64,000 bases of DNA, from assembly GCA_038851075.1 (NCBI GenBank), contig JAWCLG010000001.1, forward strand, positions 46,206 through 110,205, in the 5' to 3' direction. Shown here in pieces: positions 24,581 through 34,562 of this stretch; positions within the stretch are counted from its first letter, which is position 1, and every line of letters begins with the position of its first letter. The DNA comes from Candidatus Hadarchaeales archaeon (GTDB taxonomy: Archaea > Hadarchaeota > Hadarchaeia > Hadarchaeales > Hadarchaeaceae). Made by a program: the position numbers and the translations under genes. Under the pieces are notes generated by a model. The model was not told where the DNA came from. It did not search any database and saw nothing but the letters and a program-made list of their open reading frames with translations.

Positions 24581-25646
24581 AAACGGTGAGCTGCGAGTAC
24601 CCGCTCTTCATCACTCTGACAGTGTCTTCCCACCTTGCTCCCCCGAGCCCAGGAACATAAACGCCTGGCTCCACGGTCAGGACCATGTTTCTTTTAAGGA
24701 CATCCTTTGAAACCGGAGAGAGGCTCGGGAGTTCGTGTATGTCAAGGCCGACTCCGTGCCCGCTCCCGTGAAGGCAAAAGCGCGAATAACCTGCCTGGCC
24801 TATCACCCTCCTTGCCTCACCGTCCACATCTCTGGCCATTTTTCCGTCTCTGACCAGTTTTAAAGCAGCCGTTTGCGCCTTTTTAACGGCCTGCACAAGC
24901 TTCTCCGCCTTTCCCGAAGCTCCTACTGAAAAAGTCCTGGTCATGTCGGAAGCATAACCCCTGTACGTGGCTCCCAGGTCAACGACAACGAGATCACCCT
25001 TCCTGATCCTTCGGTCACCCGCGCCAGCGTGGGGCATCCATGAGTTCGGACCTGAAGCCACTACGGTGCCGAACGGTGTCCCGTCGGATCCGGCGCGCCT
25101 CATCTCCCTCTCCACCTCGGCCGCAAGCTCTATCTCGGATATCCCTTGAGAGATGCACTCTGCCGCGCATCTCATCCCTTTTGACGCTATCATTGCGGAG
25201 CGCCTTAGGAGAGCCAGCTCATCCGGAAACTTTACCTTTCTGACCTCAAGCACAAGATCGGGCGCGCTTCTGTAAGACGCATCATGAGCTACTCTCATCT
25301 TCCTGACGGTTTCCCGTGAAAGCACATCGAATCCTATCACCCGCGCGCCGGCCTCCCTCAGGCATTCCACGATGATCTTCCACGGCTCGCAGAACAGGAC
25401 TCTCTCTCCCCGCATCAGGGGCGTCTTCCACGATGAGAACGCGATGACATTTTTTATCGCGCTTTCCGTCTTCGCCCTGCCCAGCTCAAGCCTGCTGCAT
25501 ATCATGACCGGATCCTCATCAAGCGCAACTATGACTGCCTTGCCGGCGTCGGTACCAGACAGGTATCTTACGCTCTGAACCGTGATATAAGCGTCAAATC
25601 CCCTTCGCTGCATCTCCCTCCTTACCAGTGATAACCTTCTCCTCAC
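24573..25646 (-). CDS. M24 family Xaa-Pro peptidase (prolidase / aminopeptidase P-like)
   Basis: It has the creatinase-like N-domain and the pita-bread metal ligands: VVDLGATYRGYASDMTRT, HGSGHGVGLDIHE and TVEPGVY...ARWEDTV. Confidence 0.8.
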   Translation of the reverse strand: MRRRLSLVRREMQRRGFDAYITVQSVRYLSGTDAGKAVIVALDEDPVMICSRLELGRAKTESAIKNVIAFSSWKTPLMRGERVLFCEPWKIIVECLREAGARVIGFDVLSRETVRKMRVAHDASYRSAPDLVLEVRKVKFPDELALLRRSAMIASKGMRCAAECISQGISEIELAAEVEREMRRAGSDGTPFGTVVASGPNSWMPHAGAGDRRIRKGDLVVVDLGATYRGYASDMTRTFSVGASGKAEKLVQAVKKAQTAALKLVRDGKMARDVDGEARRVIGQAGYSRFCLHGSGHGVGLDIHELPSLSPVSKDVLKRNMVLTVEPGVYVPGLGGARWEDTVRVMKSGYSQLTVFR

Positions 25647-25690
25647 AGGGCCACCAACACTGATTTAGCGTGATGTCATAATAATCCTGT

Positions 25691-26224
25691 TTGATGGAGA
25701 GAAAACTGGAAGTCATGAGGAGATATGACGAAACAGCACATATATACAACAGAAGATACTCAGCAATCCAGCGGAAGAAGTACTCCGCCATAAAAAAATT
25801 CATGCCGGGAAGATGCGGCGTTGCCCTTGACCTCGGATGCGGAAGCGGACTTTTCTTTGAGGAGCTGAGCAAAAGGGCAGAGATTCTCGTGGGGCAGGAT
25901 ATTTCAGAGGGCATGCTTAAAATAGCGGGTAAAATAAAACATCGGCTTCTGGTGCGCGGTGATGCGGAGCACCTGCCCTTTTCCGACGATGTCTTTGATC
26001 TTGTGGTAAGCGTGACCCTGATGCAGAATGTCGCTGACCCGGAGATGACCATGAAGGAGATCGCGAGGGTGCTCAAGAGGGGAGGAAGGGCCGTGGTGAC
26101 CTCCCTAAGAAAAAAATACGGATATAAGTATCTGAGGGAACTGGCTGAGAGATCCGGGATGCGAGTTCTGAAAGCGGAGGAGATCCAGGGCACGGAGGAC
26201 GATATGTGCGTTGCGGTCAAATGA
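25691..26224 (+). CDS. Class I SAM-dependent methyltransferase (Methyltransf_11-like)
   Basis: It has motif I (ALDLGCGSGLFFEEL), GDAEHLPFSDDVFDLVVS and LKRGGRAVV. Confidence 0.7.
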   Translation: MMERKLEVMRRYDETAHIYNRRYSAIQRKKYSAIKKFMPGRCGVALDLGCGSGLFFEELSKRAEILVGQDISEGMLKIAGKIKHRLLVRGDAEHLPFSDDVFDLVVSVTLMQNVADPEMTMKEIARVLKRGGRAVVTSLRKKYGYKYLRELAERSGMRVLKAEEIQGTEDDMCVAVK

Positions 26225-26264
26225 CATTGTTTTTATCCATGAGAGAAAGATTTAATGAGTATCC

Positions 26265-27062
26265 ATGGAGGGACATGATTTCAGGAAAAAGCTAGCAGAG
26301 GCAAGAAGAATAGTGGTGAAGGTGGGAACCAGTAGCCTGACCGGCAGAAATTCAGGGCTAGATCCTGTTAAGGTCGGCAGGCTCGTGAGCGGAATAATGA
26401 AACTGAGGGAGTCGGGCAGAGAGGTCATCCTGGTCTCATCCGGGGCCATAGGTGCAGGCATCAGCCGCCTCAATATGAAGAAACGGCCGAAGGAAATGTC
26501 AAAACTTCAGGCGGCTGCCGCCGTGGGGCAGGGAATTCTGATGCAGGTTTACTCAAGGTACTTTAACGAATACGGACAGATCGTGGCGCAGATGCTGCTC
26601 ACAGGGGAGGACTTCCTGGACAAAAAGAGGTATCAGAACTTCAGGAACACCATGCAGACGCTTCTCAAGTGGGGAGCGGTGCCGGTAATAAACGAAAATG
26701 ACACGGTCGAAATTGAGGAGATAAGGCTCGGAGACAATGATACGCTGTCCGCATACGTCGCTGTGGGCTCCAGGGCAGATCTGCTCATAATTCTTTCTGA
26801 CGTTGACGGCGTCTACATGAAACGCGGCGGCAAAAAAAGTGTAATAAAGACCGTGGAGAGGGTAACAAAGTCACTTGAATCCCTCGCGGAGGAGGAGTAC
26901 AGCGGCACAGGAGGAATCAGGACCAAAATACGCGCGGCGAGGATCGCCACAAGGGCTGGCATACCTGTCGTGGTTGCAAACTCAGCTGAGAAAAACGTTC
27001 TGGAAAAGATAGTTTCCGGAGCGGAGATAGGGACAATATTCCTGCCGGTGAAAAGACCATGA
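26265..27062 (+). CDS. proB: Glutamate 5-kinase (short form without a PUA domain)
   Basis: It has the amino-acid kinase fold RIVVKVGTSSLT, ILVSSGAIGAG and NENDTV....GDNDTLSA. It overlaps proA by 4 nt. Confidence 0.85.
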   Translation: MEGHDFRKKLAEARRIVVKVGTSSLTGRNSGLDPVKVGRLVSGIMKLRESGREVILVSSGAIGAGISRLNMKKRPKEMSKLQAAAAVGQGILMQVYSRYFNEYGQIVAQMLLTGEDFLDKKRYQNFRNTMQTLLKWGAVPVINENDTVEIEEIRLGDNDTLSAYVAVGSRADLLIILSDVDGVYMKRGGKKSVIKTVERVTKSLESLAEEEYSGTGGIRTKIRAARIATRAGIPVVVANSAEKNVLEKIVSGAEIGTIFLPVKRP

Positions 27063-28393
27063 AGATCCCGGAAAAGGTTGCCGCGGCGAGAAAGGCTGCT
27101 CTTGCGCTGGCAGAAACTTCAGACGAGGTCAGACGGAGGGCGCTCCAAGTTGCAGCGGAGATGATATCCAAACGGTACAACCAGATACTCGAGTCAAACC
27201 AGAAGGATATAGAGCACGCTGAACTTCTCCTCAGAAAGGGGAAGATATCAAAACCGATGCTTCAGAGGCTCAAGCTTGACGAGTCCAAGATTAAGGACAT
27301 AGTCAGGATGGTCGAAAGCGTGGCAAAACTTGAAGACCCGATAGGAAGGACGCTCTACGCCGTCGAGCTGGACAGCGGCTTGGAGCTCTACAAGATCTCA
27401 TGTCCGATAGGAGTCATCGGCGCCATATTCGAGGCCAGGCCTGATGTTCTCCCGCAGCTCTCGGCACTCTGCCTGAGGTCAGCGAACGCGGTTATACTCA
27501 AGGGCGGAAGGGAGGCGAGGCACACAAACAGAACACTTTTCAGCGTGATAAAGGAGGCCACGGAATCTGAGGGAGTTCCGGAGGGGTGGATACAGATCAT
27601 GGAGGAGAGAAAGGAGATAAGGGATATGCTAAAGCTCAGCGATATGATCGACCTGATAATCCCGAGGGGAAGCAGAGAATTTGTGAAATACATACAGGAG
27701 AACACGCGAATACCCGTTCTGGGGCATGCCGAAGGGATATGCCACCTGTATGTTGACGAGGACGCGGATCTGGACACCGCGCTCCGGGTATGCTATGACG
27801 CCAAAGTGCAGTACCCGGCGGTGTGCAATGCGGTCGAGAAGATACTAGTTCACAGAAAAATAGCAGGGGAATTTCTTCCGGCTCTTGCAAACAGGTACAG
27901 AGAGGCCGGCGTCGAGATAAGGGGATGCGATAAGACAAGAGAGATATTGAAAAACGTCAAGAAAGCCAGCGAAAAGGACTGGAGAACTGAATATCTGGAC
28001 CTGATAGTGACAATCAGAGTAGTCGACGACATGGGGCAGGCCATAGATCACATAAACACTTACGGTTCCAAACACACTGACGGTATAATAACAAAAAACA
28101 TGAAAAATGCCATTAAATTTATGAACAGCGTCGACTCATCCTCGGTTATGCTGAACGCCTCAACCAGATTCAGCGATGGATACAGGTATGGACTCGGTGC
28201 TGAAGTCGGCATAAGCACGGGCAAGATACATGCGAGGGGACCTGTCGGACTCGAGGGGCTCACGACAACAAAATATTATCTCATAGGAAAAGGGCACGTT
28301 GTTTCGGATTACATCGGGCAGAACGCAAGACCATTCACTCACATGCGCCTCAAAAGAGAATGGAAGGACTTTGTCTCTTCTATCGGAGGATGA
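27059..28393 (+). CDS. proA: Glutamate-5-semialdehyde dehydrogenase (gamma-glutamyl phosphate reductase)
   Basis: 444 aa, aldehyde dehydrogenase-like. The blocks are ILKGGREA, IPRGS.EFV and the catalytic region YPAVCNAVEKILVH, followed by NASTRFSDG. Confidence 0.85.
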   Translation: MKIPEKVAAARKAALALAETSDEVRRRALQVAAEMISKRYNQILESNQKDIEHAELLLRKGKISKPMLQRLKLDESKIKDIVRMVESVAKLEDPIGRTLYAVELDSGLELYKISCPIGVIGAIFEARPDVLPQLSALCLRSANAVILKGGREARHTNRTLFSVIKEATESEGVPEGWIQIMEERKEIRDMLKLSDMIDLIIPRGSREFVKYIQENTRIPVLGHAEGICHLYVDEDADLDTALRVCYDAKVQYPAVCNAVEKILVHRKIAGEFLPALANRYREAGVEIRGCDKTREILKNVKKASEKDWRTEYLDLIVTIRVVDDMGQAIDHINTYGSKHTDGIITKNMKNAIKFMNSVDSSSVMLNASTRFSDGYRYGLGAEVGISTGKIHARGPVGLEGLTTTKYYLIGKGHVVSDYIGQNARPFTHMRLKREWKDFVSSIGG

Positions 28394-28397
28394 GCTG

Positions 28398-28883
28398 TTG
28401 AAATACAGGTGCGTTGCCGTCGGTGGCACGTTTGACTACTTTCATGACGGACACAGGGAGCTGATATCCAAAGCCTATGAGATCGGAGAGAGGGTGTTAC
28501 TGGGGCTTTGCTCCGACGAGATGCAGGAGCTTCTGAGAAAGGATTCCGCCGGAGTGAGACCGCTGGCTGTGAGGATGTTCGAAGTCCTCAACTTCATCTC
28601 TAAAAATGGATGGCTCGAGAGAACTGAGATAGTGACACTTAACGACCCATATGGTCCTGCCGCTAGCAGGGGCAGCATAGACGCAATAGTGGTCAGTCCC
28701 GGCACGAGGAAAACAGCGGAGGAGATAAACAGAATTAGGTCAGAAAAAGGGATGCCCCCTCTGGAAATAGTGGAAATCCCCTATGTACTCGCACAGGACA
28801 GGACGCCAATATCCTCAATAAAGATAAGGTATGGAGAAATGGACGAACACGGTAAACTTCTCAAAAATTCCAAGGTCGCATGA
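28398..28883 (+). CDS. Phosphopantetheine adenylyltransferase, archaeal type (cytidylyltransferase family)
   Basis: The nucleotidyltransferase signature is VAVGGTFDYFHDGH. A TTG start at 28398 lies 4 nt after the proA stop and gives about 161 aa. The track ORF from 28299 overlaps proA. Confidence 0.7.
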   Translation: MKYRCVAVGGTFDYFHDGHRELISKAYEIGERVLLGLCSDEMQELLRKDSAGVRPLAVRMFEVLNFISKNGWLERTEIVTLNDPYGPAASRGSIDAIVVSPGTRKTAEEINRIRSEKGMPPLEIVEIPYVLAQDRTPISSIKIRYGEMDEHGKLLKNSKVA

Positions 28884-28904
28884 TGCGACGCACCGATTTA
28901 AGTC

Positions 28905-30266
28905 ATGGGCACGATTTTATATGGGAGCATGTCGGGCTACAGGGGTGCTGCGCTCAGGCTCATCAAAAGAGCCTCCGCTGATGTCGGCGACCTGATATTC
29001 ATCGAGACCGGGGGGCAGAGGTATGAAGGCGTGCTGATGCCGCGCAGCGGCCTTGCTGAGTCGGAGCACATAGTGATCAAATTGCGCAACGGCTACAACA
29101 TCGGAGTAAGGGCGGACAAAAGGACCAAAATGGGCGTGATTGAAAAGGGAAAACCTCCCTCACTCACGATGCCAGTCCTTCATGGGATCGAAAAAAAGGG
29201 CAATCCTGTTACCATCATCGGAACCGGAGGAACAATAGCGAGCAGGGTTGACTACAGGACCGGTGCGGTTTATCCCGCCTTCACTCCGCAGGAGATTTAC
29301 ACCGCTGTCCCAGAGCTCGCAGACATCGCAGAGATAAGGGCGCTGGAGGTGTGCAACGTATTCAGCGAGCACATGACGCCAGACCTCTGGGTGAAGATAG
29401 GCAGGGCGGTTGCACGGGAGATCAGAAGAGGGGCATCCGGAGTGGTTGTGGCTCACGGAACGGACACCATGGGGTACACAGCCGCTGCGCTCAGCTTCAT
29501 GCTCGGAAACCTGTACAGGCCTGTTGTTATGGTGGGCTCCCAGCGCTCCTCGGACAGGCCGAGCAGCGACGCATCCCTTAATCTTATCTCCGCGGTCAAC
29601 GTGGCGGCAAACTCAGATATAGCGGAGGTGACCGTCGTTATGCACGGCTCGATGGATGACGACCGCTGCCTGATTCACAGGGGCACCAAAGTCAGAAAAT
29701 GCCACACCAGCCGCAGGGACGCTTTTCTGTCTGTGAACGACCTTCCGCTGGGATCCGTAAGCGCGGGAAAAATCGAGATGATGAGAGACGATTACAACCA
29801 TGCCTCAAAAAGCGGAAACATCAGATTCATGGGGAAATTTGAGAAGAGAGTCGTGCTGCTCAAAGCCACACCGGGATTTCCGTCCGATCTCATGGAGAGG
29901 ATGATAAAGGCCGGTTGCAGGGGATTCGTGATTGAAGGGACTGGACTCGGGCATGTTCCGGAGAGCATGTTCCGCGGAATCAGAAGAGCAGCGGCATCAG
30001 GTGTGCCGGTTGTCATGACCTCGCAGTGCCTCTGGGGCAGAGTCAACATGAAAGTTTACTCGACGGGGCGGGACCTGCTCGACATGGGGGTGATACCGGG
30101 TGATGATATGCTGCCGGAAACCGCCTGGGTCAAGCTCATGTGGGTGCTTGGACAAACACGGAAAATCAGCAGGATAATCGAAATGATGCAGAAGAACATC
30201 GCGGGAGAGAAAACCCAAAGAAGCGTTCCCGAATCTTACGAGCCAAGACTCCTTGAAGGAAGCTGA
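28905..30266 (+). CDS. gatD: Glutamyl-tRNA(Gln) amidotransferase subunit D
   Basis: An N-terminal GatD-specific domain is followed by the asparaginase-like core: IIGTGGTIAS, HGTDTMGYTAAALSF and GTGLGHV. Confidence 0.85.
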   Translation: MGTILYGSMSGYRGAALRLIKRASADVGDLIFIETGGQRYEGVLMPRSGLAESEHIVIKLRNGYNIGVRADKRTKMGVIEKGKPPSLTMPVLHGIEKKGNPVTIIGTGGTIASRVDYRTGAVYPAFTPQEIYTAVPELADIAEIRALEVCNVFSEHMTPDLWVKIGRAVAREIRRGASGVVVAHGTDTMGYTAAALSFMLGNLYRPVVMVGSQRSSDRPSSDASLNLISAVNVAANSDIAEVTVVMHGSMDDDRCLIHRGTKVRKCHTSRRDAFLSVNDLPLGSVSAGKIEMMRDDYNHASKSGNIRFMGKFEKRVVLLKATPGFPSDLMERMIKAGCRGFVIEGTGLGHVPESMFRGIRRAAASGVPVVMTSQCLWGRVNMKVYSTGRDLLDMGVIPGDDMLPETAWVKLMWVLGQTRKISRIIEMMQKNIAGEKTQRSVPESYEPRLLEGS

Positions 30267-30268
30267 GT

Positions 30269-31168
30269 CTACACGATCCCAAAAAACTTCAGAGCGAATG
30301 TTGCACCGATGCTCACAAAAGTAGGGATGAAGACGCTCTGTGCTGTGGAACTGACATCAAGGCCGAATCTCGAGCTTATTATGACGTTGGTGAAGGCTGT
30401 GGGCATTATCGACATTATAATAAACGTGTTGCGCATGTTCCCGGAAATTCCAAGCACGACTATTAAAACCGCTGCAATCAGGGGCGATATCAAGAAGCGG
30501 ATGAACGTTATGAGAGCAGGCACCCTTCTTCTCAGGGTAAGGCTGTCCCTGGAGAGGGGTATCATGAGGCCTGCAAACACCAGGCTGAGATAGACGGTCA
30601 GTGACCCAAAGCCGGAAATCAGCAAGAATTCTCCAGACGAAGCGATGCCGCCAAGCAGGGGCCTCGCCAGAAGCCCTGCGGCGAAAGCGATAAGCGGGGG
30701 AAACTTCACGGACTCATATATGGTCCAGCGCACCCCCTCTCTTTTTCCCCATCTCGAGGCAAGAAAAACTCCGGCTGTGTTGTGAACGATCATGTAAGGA
30801 AGGCTGAAAACCAGCGCGAGGGAGAGGTCGCCGTAAAATGCGTAAATTAGGGGAAAAGGCAGGAACATCGAGTTAAAAAATGTGGAATTTATGACAACGG
30901 TGCCCATCTCGACCCTTGACATCCGGCGCGACAGGGCGTAACTGACCACGAAGCAGGTGCACATGTATAAAAGGGAAATCGCGATGGTCTCAGCTATCGA
31001 GATTGCGCCAAAGTTCATTCTGACCATCTCTGTGAACATCAGGATCGGGTATGTCACGTAAACTATGAAATTCTCCAGATATCTCCAGGGCCCTCTCTTC
31101 CAAGCCAGCTTGAGCCCTATCCCTGCAAAAAGCAGTACAGGTATCAGCGAAATTTTGAGGATATCCAT
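30269..31168 (-). CDS. AEC (auxin efflux carrier) family membrane transporter
   Basis: About 10 TM helices. The N-terminus MDILKISLIPVLLFAGIGL and two 5-TM halves fit the Mem_trans/AEC layout. The track start at 31234 adds 22 non-hydrophobic residues. Confidence 0.55.
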   Translation of the reverse strand: MDILKISLIPVLLFAGIGLKLAWKRGPWRYLENFIVYVTYPILMFTEMVRMNFGAISIAETIAISLLYMCTCFVVSYALSRRMSRVEMGTVVINSTFFNSMFLPFPLIYAFYGDLSLALVFSLPYMIVHNTAGVFLASRWGKREGVRWTIYESVKFPPLIAFAAGLLARPLLGGIASSGEFLLISGFGSLTVYLSLVFAGLMIPLSRDSLTLRRRVPALITFIRFLISPLIAAVLIVVLGISGNMRNTFIIMSIMPTAFTNVIISSRFGLDVSSTAQSVFIPTFVSIGATFALKFFGIV

Positions 31169-31283
31169 CGCATCCCGAGGGAGAGTATCAACATACGGAT
31201 AAAAATATGCTGATTCAACAGAACCAAGCTTCAAACGAGATTAGGTTAATTTAGACCGGAAACGCATTTGGAATGGTGCTGGC

Positions 31284-33194
31284 ATGGGGCTGAACTATGA
31301 AAAATTGGGGCTCAGAGCCGGGCTCGAGATACACCAAGAGCTGAGCGGCAGGAAACTGTTCTGCAGATGCCCATCAGAGCTCTCGGAAACAGGAGTGAAG
31401 AGAGTGGTGACAAGAAAACTCCGCCCAGCGCAGAGCGAAATGGGCGAGGTTGACCGGGCCGCGCTATCTGAATCCCTGAAGGGGAAGAAATTCAGATATC
31501 ACGTGTCAGAAAACTCATGTCTGGTGGAGCTCGACTGCGAACCACCACACGATGTGAACGAAGAAGCGCTTGACACCGCGCTGTTGGTTTCGCTCATGCT
31601 TATCGCAAAGCCCGTTGACGAAATCCACACTATGCGGAAGATAGTGATTGACGGCAGCAATCCATCCGGATTCCAGCGCACGCTCCTCATTGCGACCAAC
31701 GGTCACGCGGAAGTTGACGGAAAACGCTTCAGCATACCTACGATATGTCTGGAGGAGGACGCAGCGCGAAAAATCGGGGAAAGTGAAGAGTCCGTTGACT
31801 ATATGCTGGACAGGCTGGGAATACCGCTGATCGAGATAGCTACCGGGCCAGACTTCTCCGACCCTGAAACCGCCGCCAAGGCAGCCCTGTACATAGGTTC
31901 GGTACTCCGCGCCACAGGGAAGGTACGAAGAGGGATAGGAACGATAAGACAGGACATCAATATCTCAATATCGGGCGGGGCCAGGCAGGAGATAAAGGGA
32001 GTGCAGGAGCTCTCGCTGATACCCGAGGTGATAAAAAGAGAGGTCAGTAGACAGATGGCGCTCATCCGGATAAAAGAGGAGCTGGAGAAGCGGGGGATAA
32101 AATCGGCAGGATCGGACATAAGGGACGTCACACACATCTTCCTAAAGTCACGCTCCCGAGTAATACAGAAGGGACTGGAAAAAGGCGGTAAGGTGCTAGC
32201 GGTGCTTCTGCGCGGATTTGGAGGTCTTCTTGGGGTAGAAACACAGCCGGGGAGAAGGTTCGGAACCGAACTATCCGACAGGGCGAGAACATACGGAAAG
32301 GTGGGCGGGATATTCCACACCGATGAAATGCCGGCTTACGGAATAACTCCGGAAGAGATAGAAGACCTGAAAAGGGCACTTTCCTCAGGAGATCAGGATG
32401 CCGTCGTTTTTGTTGTCGCAGAAGAGGAAAGAGCCAGGGCGGCGCTGAGAGCCGTCGTTGAGCGGGCGGAAATAGCCATGCACGGAGTGCCGGAGGAAAC
32501 GCGCAGGGCCCTGCCTGACGGAAACACGGAATTCACGCGGCCACTGCCAGGCGCCGGGAGGATGTATCCTGAGACGGATGTACCTCCCTTACCGATAAGT
32601 TCATCAAGGTTACGGAAACTCTCAAGATTGCTCCCTGAAAAACCGGAGAAAAGACTTGAACGGATGATTAGAGAATACCACATGAGCCGGGAACTGGCAG
32701 GACGGATTTACATATCTGAGAACTTTGAAACATTCGAAAAACTCGTGAGGGAGACTGAGGCAGATCCGACCCTCGTTGCGGTTACTCTCGAGGAGACCAT
32801 GGTCAGCCTTAGAAGGGAAGGGGTGAACACTTCCAAAATTCATGAATCAGGGTTGAGGGACGCTCTGAAAATGGTCAAAAACGGGGATATTGCCAGAGAG
32901 GCGCTACCGGATATTCTCAGGCTGATGGCAGAGGGGCTATCCGCCGAAGATGCTGTCAGAAAACTTAACATTGCTTTAATCGCGAGGGAAGAACTTGAGA
33001 GGATAATATCTGAGACGGTTGAAAGCAAAACTGACCTCATAAAAGAAAGGGGTTCCGGAGCAATGAAACCTCTGATGGGCATAATCATGGAAAAGGTGCG
33101 CGGAAGGGCTGATGGGAGACTGGTAAAAGAAATTCTTGAAAAGGAAATTGAAAAGACTCTGAAGCTACTGGCGGTCCAAAAACAGGGCCAGTGA
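31284..33194 (+). CDS. gatE: Glutamyl-tRNA(Gln) amidotransferase subunit E
   Basis: 636 aa. The GatB/E core is GLEIHQEL...KLFC.C and IDGSNPSGFQRT. There is a GatE-specific insertion and a C-terminal YqeY/GatB tail. Confidence 0.9.
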   Translation: MGLNYEKLGLRAGLEIHQELSGRKLFCRCPSELSETGVKRVVTRKLRPAQSEMGEVDRAALSESLKGKKFRYHVSENSCLVELDCEPPHDVNEEALDTALLVSLMLIAKPVDEIHTMRKIVIDGSNPSGFQRTLLIATNGHAEVDGKRFSIPTICLEEDAARKIGESEESVDYMLDRLGIPLIEIATGPDFSDPETAAKAALYIGSVLRATGKVRRGIGTIRQDINISISGGARQEIKGVQELSLIPEVIKREVSRQMALIRIKEELEKRGIKSAGSDIRDVTHIFLKSRSRVIQKGLEKGGKVLAVLLRGFGGLLGVETQPGRRFGTELSDRARTYGKVGGIFHTDEMPAYGITPEEIEDLKRALSSGDQDAVVFVVAEEERARAALRAVVERAEIAMHGVPEETRRALPDGNTEFTRPLPGAGRMYPETDVPPLPISSSRLRKLSRLLPEKPEKRLERMIREYHMSRELAGRIYISENFETFEKLVRETEADPTLVAVTLEETMVSLRREGVNTSKIHESGLRDALKMVKNGDIAREALPDILRLMAEGLSAEDAVRKLNIALIAREELERIISETVESKTDLIKERGSGAMKPLMGIIMEKVRGRADGRLVKEILEKEIEKTLKLLAVQKQGQ

Positions 33195-33494
33195 AAATAG
33201 AGAAATTGAAAGGCTTATCGGTAGAGACACGAGCATCGCTCTCGGAGGATTTGTCTGGGCCACCATGCAAGTCGAGATTATAGGTATTGCCAGTGAAAGC
33301 AGGGCGAGCGCCGCTTTGAGGCGCGCAGATATACGGACCTCATGCATCATCGAGTATATCAGCGCGACAAAGCCCAGTGCACCGCAGACCAGAACCACCG
33401 CATCTGCTCCTTGTGATGTTATCGTGACTGAAAGCGCGGCGGTCGACATAAAAAGTCCCACTGCAAAGACCGCGCAAGTGTAAAATCTCTCCAT
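33165..33494 (-). CDS. Small hypothetical membrane protein
   Basis: 109 aa with three hydrophobic helices. I recognised no family. Its 3' end overlaps the gatE 3' end by 30 nt. Confidence 0.35.
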   Translation of the reverse strand: MERFYTCAVFAVGLFMSTAALSVTITSQGADAVVLVCGALGFVALIYSMMHEVRISARLKAALALLSLAIPIISTCMVAQTNPPRAMLVSLPISLSISLFSLALFLDRQ

Positions 33495-33497
33495 CGT

Positions 33498-34472
33498 CTA
33501 TCCTCCCAATATTTCATCCCGATGTAGAACGCTTGCCACTGCACCGTAAAGTCCTATGTCGTCACCCAACGGACTCACCTTTATTCTGGGAATTCTGTTC
33601 CTGGTGTAGTCCCTGACTGTCTTAACTATTGGGTCTATCACAAGGTCCTCATCCCTGAGAACAACGCTTCCTCCCATCGTTATCAGGGAGGGATCGTACG
33701 CATTAATCACGTCCGCCACGCCAATCGCGTTGAACCTGCTTATTTCATCCAGTATCGATTTTGCATGCGGGTCTCCAGCCCTGACGGCTTCAAAGAAAGC
33801 AGGTGCCTCAAAACTTCCACGTTCCATCGATCTTTTGAGATGGCTTCCTTTTGGAATCTGCGGGTTCTCGTCTACTCTCGCCCTGACATACTTCGGTATG
33901 TTCTTTCCCGAGCAGTATGCCTCCCAGTGCCCCGCCTTCCCACACCCGCACTTCATTCTACCATCAGGATCAACGACGACGTGGCCTATCTCTACCGCAT
34001 TTCCGTCTTTACCAAGAAGGAGGTGACCATCAACGATGGCCCCGCCACCTATACCTGTGCCTATGGTTATGTAGACCAGGTTATCGTACCTCTTTCCTGC
34101 GCCGAATTCCCTCTCTCCAAGAACCGCTGCGGTACAGTCATTTAGAAGAGTTACCTGAACACCAAGCCTTGTCCTGATGGGACGGACCAGATTAACCTCA
34201 GAAAAGGGTATGTTGGTCGGTCGGACCAGCTTTCCGGTCTTTATGTTGAGAGGACCGGTTGACGCTATACCAACGCCGGCGACACTAGAAAGCGACACTC
34301 GGGCTGATTTGCAGAGTGAGAGAATCCCGCCTATTATCTGATTAACCATGCCCTCTCTGCTGCTAAAGTCCGCGCTCTCCCTGAAACTCGCCATAAAGTT
34401 CCCGTCATCATCGGAAAGCGTACCCCGGATGTTCGTTCCGCCAAGATCTATTCCGACCACCAGCTTTTTCAT
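33498..34472 (-). CDS. ROK family sugar kinase (glucokinase-like)
   Basis: It has MKKLVVGIDLGGTNIRG, the ROK signature region LLNDCTAAVLGE....ITIGTGIGGG and the zinc motif GHVVVDPDGRMKCGCGKAGHWE. Confidence 0.8.
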   Translation of the reverse strand: MKKLVVGIDLGGTNIRGTLSDDDGNFMASFRESADFSSREGMVNQIIGGILSLCKSARVSLSSVAGVGIASTGPLNIKTGKLVRPTNIPFSEVNLVRPIRTRLGVQVTLLNDCTAAVLGEREFGAGKRYDNLVYITIGTGIGGGAIVDGHLLLGKDGNAVEIGHVVVDPDGRMKCGCGKAGHWEAYCSGKNIPKYVRARVDENPQIPKGSHLKRSMERGSFEAPAFFEAVRAGDPHAKSILDEISRFNAIGVADVINAYDPSLITMGGSVVLRDEDLVIDPIVKTVRDYTRNRIPRIKVSPLGDDIGLYGAVASVLHRDEILGG

Positions 34473-34562
34473 GCAACTGCCCACAAAACCATCGGGCTCG
34501 TTTTAATTATCCTTTGCGGTAAAGTTAAGAGGACCGCACGAAACGTTTTCTGGGATGATGCG

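Noticed and set aside
25594-26220. A 208-aa minus-strand ORF antisense to the methyltransferase gene
   Set aside because: It is a Ser/Leu-rich shadow ORF. The plus-strand product has clear SAM-binding motifs.
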